A DNA stretch of 32,000 bases from Wolbachia endosymbiont of Cimex lectularius. Its GTDB lineage: Bacteria; Pseudomonadota; Alphaproteobacteria; Rickettsiales; Anaplasmataceae. The DNA lies in contig NZ_AP013028.1 of assembly GCF_000829315.1 (NCBI RefSeq), positions 750,001 through 782,000 of the forward strand, read 5' to 3'. The notes under the pieces were generated by a model that was not told the origin of the DNA, did no database searches, and was given only the letters and a program-made list of their open reading frames with translations. Of this stretch, positions 1 to 9,107 are shown piece by piece. Made by a program: the position numbers and the translations under genes. The stretch's first letter is position 1; each line of letters opens with the position of its first letter.

Positions 1-1473
1 TTCTTAAAGAAAGCACAAGAATACCTTAATAGTTATAGAAATAGCCTGTGTAAAAATGAACAAATAGAGAAGGATTTTGGTAAATTGCAGGAATGGTATG
101 TCAAAAAATATGAGAAAGATTGGTACAATAAATTGATTGAATTAAACAGTCGATGCAATAGTGATAAAAAGCTGAAGGCTATAAAAGGTGAAGTTGATAA
201 TCTTGTAAAGAGGAGTAGTGAACAACTTAACATATTAAGAAATGTAGTCGAAAGAAAGTATGAACATAGTGCAAATGTATTAAATCAGATGCTTTCACTA
301 ACTCCAACTATTTTAAAAAAGGATAGTAGTGTTAAAACTAAGGGATCTGATTTACGGAAAAAAGCCCCTTCCAACATTTCTGAAAAAGGTCAGCACATAG
401 ACGAGGCCATTGATAGGTGCTTTGTGTCTCCGATATTAGAATATATCTATGTCACAAAAGTGTATAAAGAGCTGTTAGGAGGGGGTGATCTAACCATCAG
501 AAATTCAGTCAAGGAATTTAGAGACTGTGTAAAAGCAAAGAGAACAGAAGAGTTTAACATCCAGAGTAAGATGAACAATTATTCGCTTAAGGAATTACAA
601 ACAAAAATTGAAGCATTGAGAAATTTCTTATTTTATCAAGAAAATTTAAGCCTACAGGAAAAAGAAATAGAGAAGTATATTAACAATAATCAGTCAAGAG
701 CAAAAGTAATATTAGTGCAGATGCTGGAAAGATGTGGGAAGCTTTTGGGAGAGGAATTCAAGGAGGAAAAGACATGGTTTAAAAGAGTAGGAGAGAAAAT
801 AGAAAAGGAACGAAAAGCAACAGAGCAAGCAAATGCAAGGGCAGAACAGGAAGCTCAAAGGGCAGGACATATTAATAAGGTGAGTAAGATTTTTTTAAGA
901 AAAATATATAGTCTTGGTGATGAGTTGCAAGATATAGTGGTGGAAAGTCAAGATGAAATTGTAGATGCGATCGTACAACGCATTATGGAATGTAGCTTTT
1001 CTCCACAACAAATACTGGATGCAATAATTGAAGAAATAAAATCTAATGAAGACCAAGTTAGAAGGGAGGGTAAAGTTAATGCTGAACTAATTGAAAATGT
1101 AATGAGAGGTTTTATAGTTGCAGTAGATGAAGAGCAAATTGAACCGAATACGGACATAGAAGGTGCTTGTAAATCTGAACATGAGGAAGAATTAGAATCA
1201 CAAAAAAGCTTAGATGACGATCAAAATAGTACAGAAAGGAACAAGTTGCTTATTATAACTGCTTCCGCTTCCGTTGGCTTATTGTTGGGCCTGAGCATAG
1301 CATATCTTGCAGGAGCTGCTACTTTGACTCCTATTGGTGCTGTTACGGTATTTGTTACAGCTGCAGTAGTTGGTACATCGGTAGGGTATGGTATCGGAAA
1401 GTTTTATGAGAAGGTTAGTAGCAAACTCTCTGATGTATCTACTGGACATTCTAAACTAGAGCTACTGGTGTAA
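1..1473 (+). CDS. Hypothetical alpha-helical protein, 5' end outside the window, with a paired C-terminal transmembrane hairpin
   Basis: Frame 1 has no stop from nt 1 up to the TTG at 85 where the ORF track starts, so the gene probably begins upstream of the window. TAA at 1471-1473. The sequence is K/E/Q-rich and helical. Nt 1246-1398 encode LLIITASASVGLLLGLSIAYLAGA-ATLTP-IGAVTVFVTAAVVGTSVGYGIG, two hydrophobic helices joined by a short turn. No family recognised. Confidence 0.6.
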   Translation, partial: FLKKAQEYLNSYRNSLCKNEQIEKDFGKLQEWYVKKYEKDWYNKLIELNSRCNSDKKLKAIKGEVDNLVKRSSEQLNILRNVVERKYEHSANVLNQMLSLTPTILKKDSSVKTKGSDLRKKAPSNISEKGQHIDEAIDRCFVSPILEYIYVTKVYKELLGGGDLTIRNSVKEFRDCVKAKRTEEFNIQSKMNNYSLKELQTKIEALRNFLFYQENLSLQEKEIEKYINNNQSRAKVILVQMLERCGKLLGEEFKEEKTWFKRVGEKIEKERKATEQANARAEQEAQRAGHINKVSKIFLRKIYSLGDELQDIVVESQDEIVDAIVQRIMECSFSPQQILDAIIEEIKSNEDQVRREGKVNAELIENVMRGFIVAVDEEQIEPNTDIEGACKSEHEEELESQKSLDDDQNSTERNKLLIITASASVGLLLGLSIAYLAGAATLTPIGAVTVFVTAAVVGTSVGYGIGKFYEKVSSKLSDVSTGHSKLELLV

Positions 1474-1680
1474 TTCAAATTGCTAAGTGTATGCTATAGC
1501 TAAAAGGGTTCTTCAAGACGACGTAGAGATATGGTATTGAGTGATATAAAAAGCAGAAAAATGTTAAAGCCATGCTATTGTTCTGTTTTTTAGCGTTCGG
1601 GGAAATCTTACTTTGGTTGGCTATACCAGACAGGTGAGTATAAAAGTTATGTTAAAATGCACCATTTTCATGGGAAACTG

Positions 1681-1735
1681 GGTCCCAGTGTCACGCACTT
1701 GGATGACAGGAGGAGGGGCTACTTGGATGACATCG
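1681..1735. repeat. Short GC-rich palindromic/direct-repeat element in the intergenic region
   Basis: ggtcccagtgtcacgcacttggatgaca...ctacttggatgaca. The 12-mer acttggatgaca occurs twice (1697-1708 and 1721-1732). ccagtg/cacttgg forms an imperfect hairpin. The composition is GC-rich against an AT-rich background. Confidence 0.35.
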
Positions 1736-1814
1736 TTTACTATGTTCATATTACAATATTTTCAGTGTGCTCATCTGTGTTTCTCCTAAACCATAATGCA
1801 AGAGATCTACTAGG

Positions 1815-2414
1815 TTAAGCCTTTTTGCCAATTATCACAACATTTTCACTTGGGAAAAAATAATCAGGTATAGCCATATTTTTTGGTGCAGGCCCCCCAA
1901 TTACTCGACCTGATGTATCATAATATGAGCCATGGCAAGGACAAAACCAGCCGTTGCCGCCTTTTGTAGCATGATCAACCGGCACACACCCAAGATGGGT
2001 ACATATTCCAACCATAATTAACCACTCATCTTTTCCTTTGCATACTCTTTGCTCATCAGGCTGGGGATCTCGCAAATTTTTTACATCAACTGCTCTTGCC
2101 GCCTCAATCTCTTGTTTCGTACGTCTGCGAATAAATACCGGTTTACCTTGCCATTTTACTTTTTTCCCTTGCCCTTCTTGAATATCAGATAGATTAACCT
2201 CGACCGTAGACATCGCTAAAACTTCAGCGGAAGGGTTCATAGACTTAACCAGTGGCCAAAGTCCACTTGCAGCTCCTATACCTGCCATAGCACATGTAGT
2301 TAATGTTATAAAATCTCTCCTACTCTTATTTTTAGTGAGGTCTTTAACAGGAGATGCTTCTTTAGCTTTCTTGTCTGCCAACGATTTTTTATTTTTATTT
2401 AATTTTTTGTCCAT
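1815..2414 (-). CDS. petA: Ubiquinol-cytochrome c reductase (bc1) Rieske iron-sulfur subunit
   Basis: Rieske boxes CTHLGC and CPCHGS are present. The N-terminus has an SRRDF twin-arginine motif followed by a hydrophobic anchor. Length (199 aa) is typical. Confidence 0.95.
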   Translation of the reverse strand: MDKKLNKNKKSLADKKAKEASPVKDLTKNKSRRDFITLTTCAMAGIGAASGLWPLVKSMNPSAEVLAMSTVEVNLSDIQEGQGKKVKWQGKPVFIRRRTKQEIEAARAVDVKNLRDPQPDEQRVCKGKDEWLIMVGICTHLGCVPVDHATKGGNGWFCPCHGSYYDTSGRVIGGPAPKNMAIPDYFFPSENVVIIGKKA

Positions 2415-2498
2415 CGATCTCTACTCAGCTACAAGTATATATTTTAGCTTAAATACTATAGATTAATCAATAAAAACTTGCACTTTTAGCTATCGTTG

Positions 2499-5210
2499 CT
2501 ACAGCTCAGAGGAGACAGAGTTTCCGACTTCTTCAGAAGTGCTATCTTCAGTGGAACCAGGATCTTCAATTTTTGCTGCTGACACCACCTTTTCTTTACT
2601 CTCTGTTTTAAATAGGGTGACTCCCTGAGTGCTACGTCCTGCAATTCTAATATCATCCACTGAAATGCGAATTAACTTTCCTTTATCTGTAATGAGCATT
2701 ATATTGTCACCCTGCTCAACTGGAAAACTAGCAACGACACTACCGTTTCTGCTGGTAGTAAGAATATTGGTGATACCAACACCACCCCTATTGGTTACTC
2801 TGTACTCATACGCAGAAGTTCTTTTACCAAAGCCATTTTCGGTAATGGTTAGTATAAACTCCTCATTCACCGCAAGTTTTAAGAATAATTCACTGTCTAT
2901 TCCCAAATCGTTCAAAGTCTTTTCTAACTTAGAATCAATGGCGTTGTTAGTAGCAGCTTCCAGTCTTTTTGCAAGTGGAACTTTTAGGTAAAGTTCTTTT
3001 GTTTCTGTTGTAACACCTATACCGTTTAGTATGGTCATGGATATCACGCTGTCGCTCTTTACAAGTTTGATGCCTCTTACACCATCTGAATTGCGGCTTT
3101 TGAATTGGCGAACATCACTTACAACAAATCTGATGCTTTTCCCAAGCGTCGTTGAAAGTAAAACGTGATCAATTTCGTTGCATACTTTAACTGACACTAA
3201 TTTGTCTCCTCCATCGAGCTTGATTGCTATCTTTCCATTACTTGGAATATAGTGAAAATCTGCTAAGGAGTTACGCCTTATGTTTCCATGAGCAGTAGCA
3301 AAGACTATATTCTGATTTTCATCATTCTCACTTGGGAGCGGCATGATGTTAGTTATAGTTTCACCTTCAGTGAGAGGAAATACATTAACAAGCGCTCTTC
3401 CACGTGCTGTTGGCTCTGCAAGAGGTAATTTATAAACTTTTAACCTATAAACTCTGCCAATATTGGAAAAGAATAAAAGACTAGTGTGGGTATTTCCAAC
3501 AAACAATTTTGTGGTTACATCTTCTTCCTTTAATCCCTGTCCCAGCTTTCCTTTTCCACCACGACGCTGAGTTCTATAGTGAGAAAGCTTCACGCGCTTA
3601 ATGTAACCATTCATAGTTACGGTCACCACCATATCCTCTTGTGGAATGAGATCCTCAGCTTCAATGTCTACATCTGACTCTTCTATTGAAGTCTTCCGCG
3701 GCACGGCAAATCTATTTTTTATTTCTTGTAAATTATTTTTTATTTCTTTCATTAATCCCTCTTCTGAGCCAAGAAAAGCGATATATTCTTTTATCAGGTT
3801 GATCATTGAATTTAGCTCAGCTTCTAATTTGACTTTTTCAAGACCTGTTAAGCGTTGCAATTTCATGTCAAGAATGGCCTTCGTCTGCAGCTCAGTTAAT
3901 CTGTACACTCCGTCTTTTAAAAAGCTCTCACTGTCTGAAATCAAGCTAATAATCGTGTTTATTTCCGCTGAAGTCTTCCACTCCTTATTTAAAAGCTCTT
4001 TGCTTGCTTCTTCAGGATCTTTTGCACCACGGATGATTTTTATCACTTCATCTATGCTCAAAACTGCAATATAGAGCCCTATATATATATGAGCTTTTTC
4101 CCTCGTTTTTCTTAGACGAAATTCCGTTCTCCTGATTAGTACTTCTTTTCTAAAGTCAACAAAAGCAGCTATGATTCCTTTCAATGACATCAAAGCAGGT
4201 CTGTTGTTACTGAGAACCAAAGTGTTAACACTAAAGCTACTTCTTAGGGGAGTAAGGCCCAATATTTGATTCAGTATGAAATCTGCTGCGGTATTTTTCC
4301 TAAGATCAATCACTACCCTAATGCCGGACTTATCGGACTCATCCCGGATTTCAGTTATGCCATCAATTTTCTTCTCTTTTACGAGTTCACCTATTTTCTC
4401 AATTAATTTTACTTTATTTACCTGGTAAGGTATTTCATCAATAACTATTGCTTGCCTATCTTGCGGCAGATCTTCTATATGAGTTTTACCTTGTACAACA
4501 ATTGAACCTCGACCTGTGGCAAACGCTGATCTTATTCCAGACCTACCAAGAATCGTTCCACCAGTTGGAAAATCCGGTCCCGGCACCACTTCAAGCAATT
4601 CATCTAAAGTTACTTCAGGATTGTCTATATATAACATGCAGGCATCGATTATCTCACCAAGGTTATGAGAAGGAATGTTGGTTGCCATACCGACTGCAAC
4701 ACCACTTGCACCATTTACCAATAGATTTGGGAACTCTGCAGGTAGTACAACAGGCTCTGTTTCATTTCCATCGTAGTTTGGCCTAAAGTCAACAGTATCT
4801 TCATCGATATCATTCAATAAAAAATGCGACACTTTGTGGAGCCTTGCTTCTGTATATCGCATCGAAGCTGGTGGATCTCCATCTATTGAACCAAAATTAC
4901 CTTGTCCATCAATAAGTGGTAAAAGAAGAGAGAAATTTTGAGCCATTCTGACCAAGGAGTCATAAATAGCCATGTCACCGTGTGGGTGATATTTCCCCAT
5001 TACGTCCCCAACTATACGAGCTGCCTTTTTATATGGCTTACCAGCATCGTACCCTGCCCTTGACATTGCATATAATATGCGCCTGTGAACAGGTTTAAAC
5101 CCATCGCGCACGTCAGGTATAGCCCGGCTTATGATCACGCTCATTGCGTAAGAGAGATAAGAATCTTCCAGCTCTTTCACTATTGAAACTGGTACTATAT
5201 TGTCTTGCAT
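2499..5210 (-). CDS. gyrA: DNA gyrase subunit A
   Basis: 903 aa. The N-terminus reads [33 protein letters not shown]...HPHGD..Y. The C-terminus has beta-pinwheel repeats and an acidic tail. Confidence 0.97.
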   Translation of the reverse strand: MQDNIVPVSIVKELEDSYLSYAMSVIISRAIPDVRDGFKPVHRRILYAMSRAGYDAGKPYKKAARIVGDVMGKYHPHGDMAIYDSLVRMAQNFSLLLPLIDGQGNFGSIDGDPPASMRYTEARLHKVSHFLLNDIDEDTVDFRPNYDGNETEPVVLPAEFPNLLVNGASGVAVGMATNIPSHNLGEIIDACMLYIDNPEVTLDELLEVVPGPDFPTGGTILGRSGIRSAFATGRGSIVVQGKTHIEDLPQDRQAIVIDEIPYQVNKVKLIEKIGELVKEKKIDGITEIRDESDKSGIRVVIDLRKNTAADFILNQILGLTPLRSSFSVNTLVLSNNRPALMSLKGIIAAFVDFRKEVLIRRTEFRLRKTREKAHIYIGLYIAVLSIDEVIKIIRGAKDPEEASKELLNKEWKTSAEINTIISLISDSESFLKDGVYRLTELQTKAILDMKLQRLTGLEKVKLEAELNSMINLIKEYIAFLGSEEGLMKEIKNNLQEIKNRFAVPRKTSIEESDVDIEAEDLIPQEDMVVTVTMNGYIKRVKLSHYRTQRRGGKGKLGQGLKEEDVTTKLFVGNTHTSLLFFSNIGRVYRLKVYKLPLAEPTARGRALVNVFPLTEGETITNIMPLPSENDENQNIVFATAHGNIRRNSLADFHYIPSNGKIAIKLDGGDKLVSVKVCNEIDHVLLSTTLGKSIRFVVSDVRQFKSRNSDGVRGIKLVKSDSVISMTILNGIGVTTETKELYLKVPLAKRLEAATNNAIDSKLEKTLNDLGIDSELFLKLAVNEEFILTITENGFGKRTSAYEYRVTNRGGVGITNILTTSRNGSVVASFPVEQGDNIMLITDKGKLIRISVDDIRIAGRSTQGVTLFKTESKEKVVSAAKIEDPGSTEDSTSEEVGNSVSSEL

Positions 5211-5341
5211 TTTCTATACTTTAATCGAAGTAATTGTAATCTTAACATTTAGTTAAGCAAATGGTCAATGAGAAATTAGACAGCATGTGGTTCTACTTTT
5301 TGTTTACAATAATAATATTGAGCTATAGAATTACACTAAAG

Positions 5342-5417
5342 GGGCAATTAGCTCAGCTGGTAGAGCATCTCGTTTACACCGAGGAGGTCGGCAGTTCAAG
5401 TCTGTCATTGCCCACCA
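5342..5417 (+). tRNA. tRNA-Val (anticodon UAC), CCA encoded
   Basis: Manual cloverleaf: acceptor GGGCAAT/ATTGCCC, D arm GCTC-AGCTGGTA-GAGC, anticodon stem TCTCG/CGAGG with loop TT-TAC-AC, T arm GGCAG-TTCAAGT-CTGTC, discriminator A, then CCA. Confidence 0.9.
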
Positions 5418-5672
5418 TATCGATTCTAGTATGTCACAAAATTCGCTATAACAGCCTGTTTTACTAGCTATACACACCGTTTTTTACATCTAATTATTTA
5501 TTTAAAATCTTCTATTTTCTTTCTATAACCCTCTACCATTTTTCTAAAAAAGGTAGGTGCGGTTTTGGAAAAAGCAACAACTAGTATAAAAATATATTTT
5601 ACATATAAATTTAAGCTTTACTCATGCTGTATGTTGTATACAATATATTATCTGTCTAGGTTAGGAGGTGGT

Positions 5673-7715
5673 ATGGTTACTATTACAGAGTCAACAAAAC
5701 ATGTTGAAGAGTCTGTTAGTAAGCAAGCAAGTGAGCGTAAGCTAGGAGAGAAATTAAGTACTGGGCAAGATTGGTTAGAAACAGATGGATTGTATGAATT
5801 GGTTAGAGAGTGTTTATGTTTATTTCATAGTAGTACTTTAACAGATAGTGCTCAAGGCTCGTATGCTAATAACCTAAATAATTTAGTACATTTATGGTTT
5901 GTTGACAAGTCTGATTTAACGGAAAGTCAAAAAAAGTTAAATAGAGAACTGTTGAGTATTCTTAACAACTATCTACTTCTTCGTCACCACAATAAAGACA
6001 CAGGAAAAGTAAATCACCTTTTTGCAAACCATGAAGAACTTGAAAAATTTTTACAAAATAATAAGAACAATCAAGATCTAAAAACTGTTCTTAACTTAAA
6101 AAGAGGAGAATCCGGATTGACAGTATTGTATGTGGTGTCAAGTTTGGCTGTTAAACGTGAAGGAATAGATTTACTCATAAAAGCTGGAGCTGATCCTAAC
6201 GCAAAAAATGATAGAGGACAGACACCCTTACATTATGCTGTTACTGGTTTTAACGGTGTAGTTCCCCTCATAGAAGCAAAAGCTGATCCTAATGTACAGG
6301 ATAATAAGGGAAGAACACCTTTACATTATGCTGCTTATTTTGGTTGTAATGGAAGTATAGATTTACTCCTAAAGGGCGAGGCTAAGTGTGATATACTTGA
6401 TAAACAAGGAAAAACTCCGCGGCAAGTCGCAATTGATAATGGTCAATACCATGTTGAAAGATGCTTTTTCACTGACAACAAAAAAAGGTTGAGTGAAGAA
6501 TTATATGGTATATTTGATAAATGTTATGAAGATAATTCTGGTCTCACTGCTAAGCTCAAAGAATTTTTGAGTAAGCACAAGAGTAATCAAGATCTGAAAG
6601 CAGTTTTGGATGTAGGGTTAGCAGATAATTTAACTTTTTTTGGTTCTGAAATAAAGGGCTTGTTTTTGGAGGCAGGAGCAACTGATCTAAAAGAACAAAA
6701 TTGTGGTAAGGAAGAGCATTTGCTCAGGTCTAAAGATTTATGGAGTAATTTAACGCCAAATCAACAGATAAAGTTAGATGAGTTTTTAAGTAGAATATCT
6801 GACGCTCAAAATATGAGTCAACTAGAAAAAGTTGTAAACGAAGCTATGAGTTCTGGAATGAGGTTTAATTTTCCTATTCGTTCATATGGAGTGATATGCG
6901 AAGGTATGTACAACTTTGCAGATTGTGTAATGAAAAAAGCTAGTGAGCGAAATGAGTTAGAAAAGGATCCTAAAGTCGCTAGTAGTATAATATGTAAATT
7001 GGTATCAAGAGGAGTAACATTACATAAAGGACCTAGTATGGATGTGATCAACACATTGGAATTAAAGTTTAAAGACTATAAAGCTAATATAGTAAGAGCT
7101 TATGAAGACCATACAAAGCGTACTCTGGAATTTCTGAAAATTGTTAAAAGTGCAGCAAGTGGTCAATTGTGTGATGTAAGAATAGACAATATCACCTCTT
7201 ATTTAGAGTATTCTGAAGACAGCATAATAAATGTTGCAGAGATTACAAATGGGGCAAGGAATTTAGGACTAACCCGGGGAGAAGTGGGATATGGAAGAGA
7301 TATAATCAAGATTGGTAAAAGCGAGGTAGAAATTATAATAGAAAATGGTATAAGGAATTACACAGATCTTACAGATGATAGCGATATAGTATTAACTTTC
7401 TATACCAGTTTGGGAGAACTAGAAGTGAGGTTATACCCTGATACGCAAGACACAAATCTCATAAGGGTAGAAATAAACAGTCAAGCTCTGCTAGAGCAAT
7501 TAAAAAACTGCAATGAAAAAATAGGAAAGAATTGCTTACTGGGAAGGTTGCCAGTTAGCGAGGCTATAGAGCAAGGATCTTTTGTCAGATCTGGAAAATC
7601 AATGTGTTCTGAAGTGATAGGTCAATCTGATAGAAAGCAAATGGACTCTTGGGTAATGCGTGAAGAATTAAGAAGAATCCCAGGTACAGAAAGGGAAAAA
7701 GTTATTATGCCTTGA
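5673..7715 (+). CDS. Ankyrin-repeat protein with a large uncharacterised C-terminal domain
   Basis: ATG at 5673 follows AGGAGG (5663-5668); the ORF-track start at 5565 is probably an artefactual extension. ANK consensus (G.TPLHYA...G....LL..GADPN) appears at about 6111-6464. About 335 C-terminal residues have no motif I recognise. Confidence 0.8.
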   Translation: MVTITESTKHVEESVSKQASERKLGEKLSTGQDWLETDGLYELVRECLCLFHSSTLTDSAQGSYANNLNNLVHLWFVDKSDLTESQKKLNRELLSILNNYLLLRHHNKDTGKVNHLFANHEELEKFLQNNKNNQDLKTVLNLKRGESGLTVLYVVSSLAVKREGIDLLIKAGADPNAKNDRGQTPLHYAVTGFNGVVPLIEAKADPNVQDNKGRTPLHYAAYFGCNGSIDLLLKGEAKCDILDKQGKTPRQVAIDNGQYHVERCFFTDNKKRLSEELYGIFDKCYEDNSGLTAKLKEFLSKHKSNQDLKAVLDVGLADNLTFFGSEIKGLFLEAGATDLKEQNCGKEEHLLRSKDLWSNLTPNQQIKLDEFLSRISDAQNMSQLEKVVNEAMSSGMRFNFPIRSYGVICEGMYNFADCVMKKASERNELEKDPKVASSIICKLVSRGVTLHKGPSMDVINTLELKFKDYKANIVRAYEDHTKRTLEFLKIVKSAASGQLCDVRIDNITSYLEYSEDSIINVAEITNGARNLGLTRGEVGYGRDIIKIGKSEVEIIIENGIRNYTDLTDDSDIVLTFYTSLGELEVRLYPDTQDTNLIRVEINSQALLEQLKNCNEKIGKNCLLGRLPVSEAIEQGSFVRSGKSMCSEVIGQSDRKQMDSWVMREELRRIPGTEREKVIMP

Positions 7716-7724
7716 GATTTGCCC

Positions 7725-7748
7725 TAGACAGTATGTCTAATCTTTTCT
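7725..7748 (+). terminator. Weak candidate intrinsic terminator after the ANK gene
   Basis: tagaca-gta-tgtcta (6-bp perfect stem) followed by atcttttct. The stem is short and AT-rich. Confidence 0.25.
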
Positions 7749-7837
7749 ATTGTCCTGTTAATAAGGCAGTAACTTAGCTTTTGTAGTTAATTAATTTTTG
7801 TGTTATAGAATAGTGTTTTTAATTTTTGCAGGGTAAT

Positions 7838-8326
7838 ATGTGGAACAGGGCGTGTAGAAAAGGAGTTATCTCAATATTGAGTTTTTTGCTTGTTATCCTG
7901 GTCTTAGTGGTTGTAGTCCAAGTTTTTACCAGGGGCCGAAGTTGTGTCAAAGCTAGTGATCATGATATTGAAGCGTTGTTTAATCGTTGGAATGATTCGT
8001 TAAAAACTGGCGATGCCTACCAGGTTAACGCAAACTACACTGATGATGCAGTGTTGCTGCCAACTTTATCCTCTAGCCCTAGAACAACTAGTGCTCAGCG
8101 CGTTGATTACTTTAAAGATTTTTTAGCTAAATATCCAACTGCAGAAATTGAGTCACGCACTATAAACATTGGATGTAATAAAGCTGTCGATACGGGCTTA
8201 TATACCTTCAGACTGAAGGACGGAAAGGAGTTACGTGCTCGTTACACATTTACTTACAGATGGGACAAGAATAAATGGCTAATATCATCGCATCACTCTT
8301 CATTGCCACCTGAAAATCACTCGTAA
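7838..8326 (+). CDS. Membrane-anchored NTF2-like (SnoaL/DUF4440, CaMKII-association-domain-like) protein
   Basis: N-terminal hydrophobic anchor VISILSFLLVILVLVVVVQVF. It is followed by ...W..SLKTGDA......Y.DDAVLLPT.S...R........YF..FL...P......T...G.......G.YTF....G......RYTFTY......W.ISSHHSS.P, the pattern I associate with this NTF2-like family. ATG at 7838; an alternative TTG lies at 7826. Confidence 0.6.
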   Translation: MWNRACRKGVISILSFLLVILVLVVVVQVFTRGRSCVKASDHDIEALFNRWNDSLKTGDAYQVNANYTDDAVLLPTLSSSPRTTSAQRVDYFKDFLAKYPTAEIESRTINIGCNKAVDTGLYTFRLKDGKELRARYTFTYRWDKNKWLISSHHSSLPPENHS

Positions 8327-8354
8327 CTTTGGAGCTTTGGCATGGCTATCTATA

Positions 8355-8993
8355 GAACTTTCGTCATCGGGAAAGCAAATAAAATAGCATGATAAATTGG
8401 TTCAAACCTATAATCATAAGCAGAAAGCGCTAGATTTCTTGCATAACCACATCAAACCAGTTCTTGGCAGCGCTTTGGATTCAACAGAAACAAAAAAACT
8501 ACCTTGACAAATTTCTCCGGTTCCCTTATCATATTATTGAAGCTATTTATTTATTTTCGCAATCTGTGCAGGTTAATGACAAAAAACTTAGGGTATTTGG
8601 CGTCTCATGTTTAAATTTTTGCACTATGTGCACCTCACGTCTTTTTAAAACTTCTGGTTTTTACCTATACAAGCTGAAACGCGCTTATAAGTCGTTTAAG
8701 ACAGTATAGAACGTCAAATAGACAAGGGAGAATTTGAATACTAGCTGCTCTAGGTTTCTTTTGCCTTTTTTTCTGCTCAGTAAATTTCTTAACGTTTACA
8801 GTTTGGGTTATTTGCATTTAAAAGTAGCTGAATCGTAGCGCTGAGAATAAAAACGCCGATATTTGAGGTACATATAAATAATTAGCCACCGACCAGGGTT
8901 TCTTTTGCCTTTTTCTCGTTTAGTAAATTTCTTAAGCATAAAGGTTATACCAACTTTCGTTATCAAACAAGACACATAATAAATTCACTAACC
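8355..8993 (+). repeat. Mosaic intergenic repeat family, copy A (longest)
   Basis: Shares long blocks with 16552-17073, 23790-24180 and (reverse strand) 20113-20298. Examples: aaaaactac(c)ttgacaa..., ...ctttttaaaacttctggtttttacc.acaagctgaaacgcgcttataagtcgtttaagaca, and ...gggtttcttttgcc.tttt.ct....agtaaatttcttaa (present twice in this copy). It is flanked by a related ~45-55-bp module (8355-8412 and 8950-8993). Confidence 0.8.
8504..8532 (+). promoter_or_regulatory. sigma70-type promoter inside repeat copy A
   Basis: TTGACA (8504-8509), a 17-nt spacer, then TATCAT (8527-8532). Geometry is identical in copies B and C. Confidence 0.55.
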
Positions 8994-9107
8994 TAATCGT
9001 AGGAAGACTTTTTAATTTACTATTGGAATTTGGTATAATAATGAGGTTTGGTATAAGACAATGCTTCAGTTTGCAGGTGTTTGATCGTTAATACAAGTAT
9101 ATATTGA

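Noticed and set aside
2629-4786. Plus-strand ORFs of 112-142 aa (2629-2991, 3646-4074, 4448-4786) inside gyrA
   Set aside because: They lie entirely antisense to a well-supported gyrA CDS. Their composition is low-complexity, S/L/F-rich and typical of antisense frames in AT-rich DNA.
5261-5467. 68-aa plus-strand ORF
   Set aside because: It overlaps the tRNA-Val gene; part of its translation (GQLAQLVEHLVYTEEVGSS) is simply the tRNA read as protein.
5565-5672. N-terminal extension of the ANK ORF. Similar extensions occur at sucA 26178-26198, trxA 22837-22881 and DUF2460 31532-31600.
   Set aside because: The extensions start at non-ATG or weak codons, encode odd hydrophobic or low-complexity sequence, and are followed by an ATG with a proper Shine-Dalgarno motif.
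8464-8709. 81-aa ORF inside repeat copy A
   Set aside because: The frame is not preserved in copies B, C or D because 30-bp and 62-bp indels and substitutions break it, so the conserved signal is at the nucleotide level.
8594-8722. Possible long-range pairing tatttggcgt / acgtcaaata within the repeat transcript
   Set aside because: The pairing is 10 bp in copy A but shrinks to 7 bp in copy B, and the 5' arm is deleted in copy C, so it is not a conserved structure.
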